64,000 nt of DNA from Calditrichia bacterium. GTDB lineage: Bacteria; Calditrichota; Calditrichia; JAJRVZ01. This document shows, piece after piece, positions 1-8,203 of the stretch (position 1 is the stretch's first letter; every line of letters starts with the position of its first letter). The notes below the pieces were generated by a model. That model was not told the DNA's origin and did no database searches. It saw only the letters and a list, made by a program, of their open reading frames with translations. The stretch spans positions 61,279-125,278 of the forward strand of contig CAWCNS010000012.1 in assembly GCA_963796965.1 (NCBI GenBank), in the 5' to 3' direction. The position numbers and the translations under genes are program-made.

Positions 1-1371
1 TATTTTGGGATTATGCTGCCTTATACACCTCTCCATGAATTATTGTTTGTTGATGGGCGGGTGGATGTCCTGGTTATGACGAGTGCTAATATCTCTGAAG
101 AGCCGATTTGTATTGAAAATAATGAATGTTTCGACCGAATGAACCATATCGCTGACTGTTATTTAATCCATGATCGTGATATTTATATCCGTTGTGACGA
201 TTCTGTTCTCCAGGTAGAAGGTAGATCAGAGATATTTATTCGCAGATCAAGAGGATATTCACCAAGACCAATAATACTTAAAACCTATGGTGATCCCGTG
301 CTGGCAGTGGGTGGGCAACTCAAAAATACGATCTGTCTAACACGTGATAATTCAGCTTTTATGAGTCAGCATATAGGTGATCTGGAGAACCTGGAAACCC
401 TGCAGGCATTTGAAAATACCATTCAGCACCTTCAGAATCTTTTTGAAATTGAGCCAAAACATATCATATATGATCTTCACCCTGAATACCTTTCCTCAAA
501 ATGGGTACAAGATAATGCTTCTTTGCCGTCATTCCCGATTCAACATCACTATGCTCATATCCTTAGTGTTATGGCCGAACATGATCTGAGTGAAAATATT
601 ATGGGTTTTGCATTAGATGGAACGGGATATGGTGAGGATGGTGCTATCTGGGGGGGAGAAATTCTTCTTTGTAATCATTCAACTTACAGTCGTTTGGCCT
701 ATTTCGATTATGTTTCCATGCCGGGCGGTGACGCTGCAATAAAGGAACCCTGGCGAATGGCTGCAGCTTATCTGCAGAAGAATTTAAATAATGGTGAGCA
801 TATAGCCCTTGAATTATTTCCCGATAAGTCGTCTCAGTTAAATATCATTAGACAAATGATTGAGAGAAGGGTAAATACGCCCATGACTTCCAGTTGTGGA
901 AGATTATTTGATGCGGTTGCGGCTATACTTGGTTTGCGGGATGAGGTGGCCTATGAAGGTCAGGCTGCGATTATGCTTGAGGCTGTTGCCCATAAATCGA
1001 GACATAACTTTCCTCTGATTGCACCATTTGAGGTAGAGAAAAAAGATGACATGAGAGTAATTTGTTCAAATGAAATTTTCGAAGACATCGTAAAATTTAA
1101 AAAACAGGGTATGGATATTGCTAATATCAGCCTCGCTTTTCATAACGCTTTAATTGATGTTTTTCTTCAAATAGCTCTTCTTATAAGAGATGAAAAAGGT
1201 ACTGAAAAAGTAGCTTTGAGTGGTGGGTGTTTCCAAAACATTTTGTTGCACGCCGGATTAATCCAAAAACTTCAGGATAACGGGTTTAGTGTTTATATGA
1301 ATATCGAAGTACCACCAAACGATGGAGGCCTGGCATTAGGACAAGCCTATTGGGGGATGCTTAATTATTGA
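1..1371 (+). CDS. hypF: [NiFe]-hydrogenase maturation carbamoyltransferase HypF, C-terminal part (5' end lies outside the window)
   Basis: The frame is open back to nt 1 (YFGIMLPYTPLH). The translation shows the HypF C-terminal half (LPYTPLHELL, DGTGYGEDGAIWGGE, PPNDGGLALGQ). hypD and hypE follow. Confidence 0.9.
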   Translation, partial: YFGIMLPYTPLHELLFVDGRVDVLVMTSANISEEPICIENNECFDRMNHIADCYLIHDRDIYIRCDDSVLQVEGRSEIFIRRSRGYSPRPIILKTYGDPVLAVGGQLKNTICLTRDNSAFMSQHIGDLENLETLQAFENTIQHLQNLFEIEPKHIIYDLHPEYLSSKWVQDNASLPSFPIQHHYAHILSVMAEHDLSENIMGFALDGTGYGEDGAIWGGEILLCNHSTYSRLAYFDYVSMPGGDAAIKEPWRMAAAYLQKNLNNGEHIALELFPDKSSQLNIIRQMIERRVNTPMTSSCGRLFDAVAAILGLRDEVAYEGQAAIMLEAVAHKSRHNFPLIAPFEVEKKDDMRVICSNEIFEDIVKFKKQGMDIANISLAFHNALIDVFLQIALLIRDEKGTEKVALSGGCFQNILLHAGLIQKLQDNGFSVYMNIEVPPNDGGLALGQAYWGMLNY

Positions 1372-1451
1372 AAATTGTCCAAAGGACTCCTTCGGAGAAG
1401 ATTGAACAATGAAAATTAGATACGAGATATGGGATACTTAATACGTGGTAG

Positions 1452-1510
1452 TTGGAAATTGGGACTTTGATTTTCATTTGAAATTGGGATTTTAATATTT
1501 GAAATTGATT
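1452..1510 (+). repeat. Degenerate direct repeats (TTGGAAATTGGGAC / TTGAAATTGGGAT / TTGAAATTGA, spacing about 21-26 nt) in the hypF-hypD spacer
   Basis: Three copies of a GAAATTG(G)GA core were read directly at about 1452, 1478 and 1499. Confidence 0.6.
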
Positions 1511-1577
1511 AGGAATAACATATGTTATTACATCTACGAGTTCAATTCATAGAATAATTAATTATTGGGAAAAGTTA

Positions 1578-2669
1578 ATGAGGTATATTGAGGAATTTCG
1601 TGACCCTCGCTTTGCTCGGGTATTGGTTGAGCAGATAAAAAAGAAAGCAGAATCACTTCCTGAAATAAAATTGATGGAAGTTTGTGGTTCACATACAATG
1701 GCTATTGCCCGTTATGGAATTCGTCAAATGTTACCGCCAAACATAAAATTAATTTCCGGACCAGGATGCCCGGTATGTGTAACAGCAAATAATTATCTGG
1801 ATAAAGCCCTTGCCATAAGCCGGCTTCCAGATCTTATAATTACCACATTTGGGGATATGATGCGAGTCCCTGGTTCAACTACCTCGCTGGAGAAGGAACG
1901 CTCAAATGGTGGTGACATTCGAGTCGTTTATTCAACGATGGATGCCCTCCAACTTGCTAATGATAATCCTGATAAAAAGATAGTTTTTTTAGGAGTAGGT
2001 TTTGAAACCACGGCACCGACTATTGCCGCATCAATTTTAGAGGCAGAGAAATTAGATGTGGGTAATTATGCCGTTCTTTGTGCACATAAAACAATGCCCA
2101 AACCAATGGAGACGATTGCCGGTGGTGAGCGTGTTGATTTACAGGGTTTTATATGTCCGGCACATGTGAGTACAATTATTGGTGCAAAGCCTTACGCATT
2201 TTTAGCGGAAAAGTATCATAAAGCCTGTGTGATTGCAGGGTTTGAACCTTTGGATGTGCTTGAGTCTGTTAAAATGCTCCTTGGTCAGATTGAATCTGAT
2301 TCTCCAACAGTTGAAATTCAATATTCAAGGGTTACAAAAGAAGAGGGAAATCCTGCGGCACTCACAATAATGTCAGAGGTGTTTGAGGTGTGTGATGCTG
2401 ATTGGAGAGGTATTGGTTCAATTCCGGGGAGCGGTCTTAAAATCAATAATAAATACAGCCGTTTTGATGCCGATACTATATATCAAATTGAGGTTGAACC
2501 TACCCAGGAGGCAGAGGGTTGCATTTGTGGTGAGATTATGCAGGGGGTCGCTATGCCAGACGAATGTGCTTTGTTTGGGACTGTTTGTACACCGGAAGAT
2601 CCGGTCGGGGCCTGTATGGTCTCCTCTGAAGGTAGTTGTGCGGCAGCACATAAATATGAAAGTTCTTAA
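1578..2669 (+). CDS. hypD: Hydrogenase maturation Fe-S protein HypD
   Basis: 363 aa. Starts MRYIEEFRD, with CGSHT, GPGCPVCV and GFETTAP motifs typical of HypD. Confidence 0.95.
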   Translation: MRYIEEFRDPRFARVLVEQIKKKAESLPEIKLMEVCGSHTMAIARYGIRQMLPPNIKLISGPGCPVCVTANNYLDKALAISRLPDLIITTFGDMMRVPGSTTSLEKERSNGGDIRVVYSTMDALQLANDNPDKKIVFLGVGFETTAPTIAASILEAEKLDVGNYAVLCAHKTMPKPMETIAGGERVDLQGFICPAHVSTIIGAKPYAFLAEKYHKACVIAGFEPLDVLESVKMLLGQIESDSPTVEIQYSRVTKEEGNPAALTIMSEVFEVCDADWRGIGSIPGSGLKINNKYSRFDADTIYQIEVEPTQEAEGCICGEIMQGVAMPDECALFGTVCTPEDPVGACMVSSEGSCAAAHKYESS

Positions 2670-2686
2670 TAGGTGGATTTTTAATA

Positions 2687-3700
2687 ATGAAAAATTTGGA
2701 TAGAATATTACTTGGCCATGGAAGCGGCGGAAAACTTTCACATCGATTGTTATCAGAAATATTTTTGAAATATTTTAAAAATGATGAATTAGCGAAATTA
2801 AATGATGGTGCACGGCTCGATTTTCCAGGTAACACAATGATTTTCTCCACTGATTCTTATGTGGTTGATCCAATTTTTTTTCCAGGTGGCGATATTGGTA
2901 AATTGGCGGTTTGTGGAACCGTCAATGATGTCGCAATGATGGGGGGCAGACCTCTTTATTTAAGTTGTGGATTTATCATTGAAGAAGGATTTTTATTTAC
3001 AGACCTTGAATTAATTCTAAAATCTATGGCAGATTCCGCGGATGAGGCTGGTGTAGCGCTGGTAACCGGTGATACAAAAGTCGTACCCAGAGGTGTGGCA
3101 GACAAAGTTTTTATTAATACAGCAGGTGTTGGTATTGCCCGGGAAGGGGTTAATATTTCAGGTCATCATGCGAAGGTTGGAGATATGATCGTTATTAATG
3201 GCAGCCTTGCCGATCATGGGATTACTGTAATGGCAAAGAGGGAAGGACTTGACCTTGACGTTGATGTTCAGAGTGATGCGGCTCCGTTAAATATTATGAT
3301 TGAGGATGTACTTAAAAACATTCCTGATGTTCATGTGATGCGAGATCCAACACGCGGAGGATTGGGTACAACGCTAAATGAAATAGCCTCTCAGTCAAAT
3401 GTAGGGATTAGGTTAATAGAAAAAAATTTACCCATTTCGGCACCTGTCAGATCTGTATGTGAAATCCTGGGCCTTGATCCCTTATACATTGCCAACGAAG
3501 GTAAAGTTTTGGTGTTTGTTTCGAAATCTCATGTGGAAGATCTTCTTGTACTTATGTCTAACCACCCCTATGGGGAAAATGCATGTGTGATTGGTCAGGT
3601 AACGGCCGAACCAAAGGCTAAAGTAATCCTGGAAACAAGTATTGGTGGAAACCGTTTAATCGATATGTTAACAGGTGAACAATTTCCCCGGATTTGCTAA
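2687..3700 (+). CDS. hypE: Hydrogenase maturation protein HypE (carbamoyl dehydratase)
   Basis: 337 aa. Has LGHGSGG, a PurM/AIR-synthase-like body, and the canonical C-terminal PRIC with the terminal Cys. Confidence 0.95.
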   Translation: MKNLDRILLGHGSGGKLSHRLLSEIFLKYFKNDELAKLNDGARLDFPGNTMIFSTDSYVVDPIFFPGGDIGKLAVCGTVNDVAMMGGRPLYLSCGFIIEEGFLFTDLELILKSMADSADEAGVALVTGDTKVVPRGVADKVFINTAGVGIAREGVNISGHHAKVGDMIVINGSLADHGITVMAKREGLDLDVDVQSDAAPLNIMIEDVLKNIPDVHVMRDPTRGGLGTTLNEIASQSNVGIRLIEKNLPISAPVRSVCEILGLDPLYIANEGKVLVFVSKSHVEDLLVLMSNHPYGENACVIGQVTAEPKAKVILETSIGGNRLIDMLTGEQFPRIC

Positions 3701-3716
3701 TATCTATGCCAATATT

Positions 3717-3881
3717 AATCTGTAGAATGCCTCGAGGTTTCCAATTTCTCCCTCTCCTTTAGGAGAAGGTTGGGGAGAGGTAAATAAAAGCAATTCTGTT
3801 TTTCGACATTTGTGTTGAAATAAAACTGGCGAAATACCACGATAGGCATCGGGGATAGTCAGTTTTAAAGAATTTCTTTAT
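3717..3881 (+). repeat. Repeat family A, copy 1 (full length: 5' hairpin module + CCTCTCC/GGAGAGG hairpin + about 90-nt conserved core)
   Basis: Near-identical to 4439-4616. The core is shared with 8054-8178 and 26409-26501. Starts 17 nt after the hypE stop. Confidence 0.9.
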
Positions 3882-4027
3882 TTAATTCCTAATTCTAAGA
3901 ATATTTACCCTACCAATTATTATAATATCAAAAAAATTATTGATTGCAAATATCCCTGTATGTGTATTTTTGTGCATAAATAAATAAAAATATTTATTTA
4001 TAGATCAGGATTTATCTGAGAAAGATA

Positions 4028-4043
4028 TGGCACATATTTTGTA
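4028..4043 (+). promoter_or_regulatory. Candidate sigma-54 (-24/-12) promoter, TGGCAC-N5-TTGT
   Basis: TGGCACatattTTGTa has canonical GG-to-(G)C spacing, but -12 reads GT rather than GC. It lies 14 nt upstream of ATG 4057. A sigma-54 activator gene is at 6129. Confidence 0.35.
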
Positions 4044-4056
4044 CACTTTAATAATC

Positions 4057-4435
4057 ATGGCTACTCTATCGACTTCAGCAAAAGTCTGTTCTTATATTAG
4101 AAAAAGATCGTGATCTTGCAGATAGTATACGCGTATTTCTTGAAGATGCTTATCCTGTTTATATACTTGAAGATCCGTCCAAACTAGTCTCGCATATCAA
4201 GAGATACGGAATAAAATTGCTTGTTACGGATTTGGATTACAGCAATGCGGATCTACGCTCAAACCTTCTTGATATCAGATCGTGTACCCCGGGGATTAAA
4301 ATTATTTTGATGTACATGTTTTTGGATGATGAAAATCAAAAAAGCCATTCTCTGTTAAAAGAGGCTGATGATTATATTTTTAAGCCTTTTGATGCAGATG
4401 TATTCCGTTATAAGGTGGACAAACTTCTTTCTTAA
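4057..4435 (+). CDS. Single-domain CheY-like response regulator (receiver domain), reading frame interrupted near 4081-4084
   Basis: ATG 4057 gives MATLSTSAK and then leaves the frame. The next frame reads KSVLILEKDRDLADSIRVFLEDAYPVYILED...LLVTDLDY...DYIFKPFD, a receiver fold. That second frame has no canonical start. The junction is in a CAAAAG run. Confidence 0.6.
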
Positions 4436-4438
4436 ATA

Positions 4439-4616
4439 AATCTGTAGAATTCCCCGAGGCTGTGCCTCGGGGTCTCCTATTTCTCCCTCTCCTTTAGGAG
4501 AGGGTTGGGGAGAGGTAAATATATGAAATTCTGTTTTTCGACATTTTGTATCGAAATAAAACTGGCGAAATACCACGATAGGCATCGGGGATAGTCAATT
4601 TAAAGAATTTCTTTAA
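4439..4616 (+). repeat. Repeat family A, copy 2 (full length)
   Basis: Aligns over its whole length with 3717-3881. Starts 4 nt after the regulator stop codon. Confidence 0.9.
4452..4472 (+). terminator. Candidate intrinsic terminator hairpin inside repeat A2
   Basis: CCCCGAGGC-tgt-GCCTCGGGG forms a 9-bp GC stem, followed by the T-rich tctcctatttctcc. It lies directly downstream of the stop at 4435. Confidence 0.4.
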
Positions 4617-4966
4617 TCCTCTTTTCCTCTAACTCCTTCTATCCCATGTTTCCAATATTCATCCAATAAAATCAAATGGTGCTGAATATGATCTCTTAGA
4701 AAAGGATTAATCGATTAGCCCAATATAATAATCATATTTGGTTAATAAGTGATTTACAGATATGAGAAAATGCGGGTTTTCATTCTAATTGTACTCCTAC
4801 ACTCAATTCAATAAGTATGTTATATAACTAAGGTTTTACCCTCAACCGACCGAAAATAGAGTAAAATCTTTATGTCTGCGGTTTTGATTGATGAGGCTAT
4901 TAATAATATGGTTGAATATTCATTCTGAGCACAATAAATTATAGGTTAACTTCCAGGGAGATTTTT

Positions 4967-6115
4967 TTGAAGAGCATTGCCTTCCATAGCAAAATTCATC
5001 TACAGACACGAGAATTCCATGTTCATACGGGCAGTGTTCCTGAAAAACAGGTGATTATTAGTGAAATTTTTGAAGAAGGACAATTTATTACCTCTCATCA
5101 ACTACCATTTTTATTCAGGGAAATTGAGAATAAATCATCAGAGATTTATTATTTAAAAACACTCGCAACAGATCTTCACGAGACAATTATTGATGAACTA
5201 AAAATGCTATTTACTATCCATGACCGCATCAAGTCTCTTAATAAATATCTTGCTCATTTTAAACTAGGATCACTATTCTATTATCGCAATATTTTAGACG
5301 AGGCAGTTGAAAATTTTGAGCATACGATAGAATTGCAACCTGATTTTATTTCTGCTTATATACAATTAGGTAAGTGCTTTATTAAAAAAGAAGCATATCA
5401 AAGTGCTATAGATATATTTAAGCGGGGATTGGAGATAAAGAGTGATTTTCCTGATCTTCTAAATGGCCTTGGTGTCGCATTAACTTTTGCCAATAAATAC
5501 GATGAGGCAACACAGATACTTCAACAGGCAATAAATATTAAACCCAACTTTCATGAAGCAAATCTAAATTTGGGCATTGTTCTTCTTCTAAGCACGCTGG
5601 AAGGAGGCGAGGAGCAGGATAAGGCTGTTGTGCCATCACGTGTTATTCGTTATATCAAAGCCTTACACTCATTGGATAGGTATAAAGAAGATCAATGGAA
5701 GCATTCTTTTGAAATGATAATTCAACAAATAGAGGATGGAAACCTTGAGGATATTCTTGCCAGTTTACGGTCTATTCAATATAACTTGATTACCCACCTT
5801 AAGATTGATATAACAATCGAGTCATTTTATTTGAAATTTATGTATAGTGGACGTGAGTTAGCCTATGAGGAACTGGAATCCTACGAGCGAAAAATCCAGA
5901 ATCTTGCGAAGCAACGGGAAAATTTTGCTGATTACTGGAATGAAATGGGAATCATACATATTATTCAATGTCGCCACCTCTTTTTAAAATCAGTTACCGA
6001 GTTTGAAAAAGCAGTTGAATTAAATGAAAATTACAGGGAGGCTGCAAATAATCTGGCGTTAATAAAAAATATCCGTAAAGGATTTTTAATCCTGCTTCGC
6101 GCAATCCTCAAATAG
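4967..6115 (+). CDS. Tetratricopeptide-repeat (TPR) protein
   Basis: 382 aa with a TTG start. Repeated TPR-like helices are visible (AYIQLGKCFIKKEAYQSAIDIFKRGLEIKSDFPDLLNGLGVAL..., EANLNLGIVLL, WNEMGIIHI...AVELNENYREAANNLA). Confidence 0.6.
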   Translation: MKSIAFHSKIHLQTREFHVHTGSVPEKQVIISEIFEEGQFITSHQLPFLFREIENKSSEIYYLKTLATDLHETIIDELKMLFTIHDRIKSLNKYLAHFKLGSLFYYRNILDEAVENFEHTIELQPDFISAYIQLGKCFIKKEAYQSAIDIFKRGLEIKSDFPDLLNGLGVALTFANKYDEATQILQQAINIKPNFHEANLNLGIVLLLSTLEGGEEQDKAVVPSRVIRYIKALHSLDRYKEDQWKHSFEMIIQQIEDGNLEDILASLRSIQYNLITHLKIDITIESFYLKFMYSGRELAYEELESYERKIQNLAKQRENFADYWNEMGIIHIIQCRHLFLKSVTEFEKAVELNENYREAANNLALIKNIRKGFLILLRAILK

Positions 6116-6128
6116 TGTTTTAAATGAC

Positions 6129-7460
6129 ATGGCCAAAATTCTCGTTGTAGATAATGAAGAACGCATGTGCAAGATCATCAGAGCGGCGCTGGAAATGGAT
6201 GGTCACTACGTGGATATGGCATTTTCCGGTCAGGCTGCGCTTGATCTCCTTTCTGATGACAAACGGTATGATATTGTCATAACAGATCTAAAAATGCAAA
6301 AAGTGGACGGGCTGCAAGTGTTGCAATCGGCTCGAGCACTTAACCCCACTCCCGATGTTATTTTAATGACTGCTTTCGCTTCTCAACAGACCGCAATAAA
6401 AGCCATGCGTGCTGGTGCCTTCGATTATCTTATCAAGCCCTTTGAGATAGATGAATTGTCTCTGAGGATCAATAGAATTATCACTCAAAAAATCCTGGTA
6501 GATGAAAACCAAAAATTAAAGGATGAAGTAAAATCTAAGCAGATTCACAATATTATCGGTAAAAGTGAAAAGATGCGTCAGGTTTACCAGCTCATTAATA
6601 AAGTGGCTGAAAGTGATGCAACGGTACTAATTCTGGGAGAGAGTGGTACCGGAAAGGAATTGGTTGCAGAAGCCGTTCATAAGCAGAGTGGCAGATCAAA
6701 GGAAAATTTTATTGCGGTCAATTGTGCCGCGGTACCAGAAAATCTGCTAGAAAGCGAATTGTTCGGGTATGAGAAAGGTGCTTTCACGGGAGCCAATCAA
6801 CGTAAAATCGGACTTTTTGAATCTGCAGGGAAGGGGACAATTTTTCTCGATGAGATTGGTGATATGTCACTCAGTACCCAGGCCAAGTTGTTGCGGGTTT
6901 TACAGAACAAGGAAGTCATTCGTGTTGGTGGTACAGAAAAAATTAGGATAGATGCACGAGTCATTACCGCAACGAATCGAAATCTTGAAGAAATGATAAG
7001 CGCAGGTTCCTTTCGTTCTGATCTGTATTATCGTATAAATATCTTTCCCCTGCCTCTTCCACCACTAAGAGAGAGAAAAGAAGATATCCCGGAACTGATC
7101 GAATTTTTTCTTAACAATCTGAATGAAAAGGGGATTACTGCACGAGCAAAAATGGTATTGATGGAGTATGACTGGCCGGGTAATATCCGCGAACTTTTAA
7201 ATATTCTGGAGAGGGCGGCCATTGTTGCGGAAAAAACTATTGATGTAGAGCATTTACCAAATCAATTTACCGGTCTTCAGGTCTCGAAGGGCAAAATTGA
7301 AATCCCTGATGAAGGTCTAAGTTTGGATGAGGTTGAGAAAGATCTGATAATTGGGGCATTGCAGAGAGCAGAAGGCAATAAAACCAGAGCGGCAGAATTA
7401 CTCGGTATTACCCGCAGACGTCTTTATTCTATGATGGAGAGATTTGAAATAGACCATTAA
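6129..7460 (+). CDS. Sigma-54-dependent response regulator (NtrC-family enhancer-binding protein: REC + AAA+ + Fis-type HTH)
   Basis: Receiver domain (DIVITDLKM), Walker A GESGTGKE, an intact GAFTGA loop, and a C-terminal HTH (NKTRAAELLGITRRRLY). Confidence 0.9.
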   Translation: MAKILVVDNEERMCKIIRAALEMDGHYVDMAFSGQAALDLLSDDKRYDIVITDLKMQKVDGLQVLQSARALNPTPDVILMTAFASQQTAIKAMRAGAFDYLIKPFEIDELSLRINRIITQKILVDENQKLKDEVKSKQIHNIIGKSEKMRQVYQLINKVAESDATVLILGESGTGKELVAEAVHKQSGRSKENFIAVNCAAVPENLLESELFGYEKGAFTGANQRKIGLFESAGKGTIFLDEIGDMSLSTQAKLLRVLQNKEVIRVGGTEKIRIDARVITATNRNLEEMISAGSFRSDLYYRINIFPLPLPPLRERKEDIPELIEFFLNNLNEKGITARAKMVLMEYDWPGNIRELLNILERAAIVAEKTIDVEHLPNQFTGLQVSKGKIEIPDEGLSLDEVEKDLIIGALQRAEGNKTRAAELLGITRRRLYSMMERFEIDH

Positions 7461-7500
7461 TTAACAATATATTATATGGATGATTTATGACTCTATATAT

Positions 7501-7577
7501 AGAGCGGGAGCTGGGGATGGGAATTCACGACCTCGTCCTCGAAAGGCGGAACTCGATCTTGAGGAGGCTCCCGCTCT
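7501..7577. repeat. 77-nt GC-rich extended hairpin directly after the EBP gene
   Basis: AGAGCGGGAGC (7501-7511) pairs perfectly with GCTCCCGCTCT (7567-7577). CCTC/GAGG and TCGA/TCGA segments lie inside. Confidence 0.6.
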
Positions 7578-7625
7578 GATAACATAAAAGGACTTTATAT
7601 ACATAAAATAATTATTTATTGAAAT

Positions 7626-7995
7626 CTAAATGTGATATATGCAACAATTGGGAGGAAAAAAACATTTTAATTCAACAATCACCTTGTTTTCTATCAAATA
7701 ATCTAATCTATAATTCCCAATAGGATTACCCTTATATTTTATCTCAAGTTCTTTCTGTCTTTTATCTTCAATACCTCGAGACTTAAGTTCATGCTCCATG
7801 GCTTCTTCATAAAAATTTTCTAAAAGACCCGGACCAAGTAAAGAATGAATTTTCCCGATAAATCGGGACACAGGATATTATTTTCTCAGTAATATCTTTA
7901 AAGGGATATTCTTTAAGAGTTCTCAGAGTATTTCTCTGAGGGTTCTGCCTGTCCCGTAGGCTTGGTAAAGCCAGGCTTGTACGGGATAGTTTCAT
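7626..7995 (-). pseudogene. Degraded GxxExxY-family (PD-(D/E)XK-like) gene remnant
   Basis: Two overlapping ORFs in different frames. One ends in ...FKDITEKIISC, the N-terminal type of sequence. The other carries IGKIHSLLGPGLLENFYEEAMEHELKSRGI...YRLDYLIENKVIVELK. The C-terminus is truncated and shifted after a T7 run. Confidence 0.5.
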
Positions 7996-8053
7996 CTTAC
8001 GATCCTATTTTTCATTTTTTCATATCCCGATTTTATCGGGATGACACTACCAT

Positions 8054-8178
8054 TTTAGGAGAGGGTTGGGGAGAGGTAAATAAATGAAATTCTGTTTTTT
8101 GACATTTATGTCGAAATAAAACTAGCGAAATACCACGATAGGCATCGGGGATAGTCAGTTTTAAAGAATTTCTTTATT
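8054..8178 (+). repeat. Repeat family A, copy 3 (lacks the 5' module)
   Basis: Shares GGAGAGGGTTGGGGAGAGGTAAAT...GAAATACCACGATAGGCATCGGGGATAGTCAGTTTTAAAGAATTTCTTTAT with copies 1 and 2. It abuts the 3' end of the minus-strand gene at 8204. Confidence 0.85.
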
Positions 8179-8203
8179 AATTGAATATTGGGCTTGCTGA
8201 CGC

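Noticed and set aside
1372-1577. A small hypC gene in the hypF-hypD spacer
   Set aside because: No frame has an ORF with a HypC-like N-terminus. The only ATG ORF there is 11 codons long.
2383-2850. Several ORFs of about 100 aa overlapping the hypD-hypE junction on both strands
   Set aside because: They overlap strongly supported hypD and hypE coding sequence and have no motifs of their own.
3717-8178. Whether the repeat families could be a CRISPR array
   Set aside because: The copies are kilobases apart, 90-210 nt long, not regularly spaced, and separated by genes rather than short spacers. No cas genes are present.
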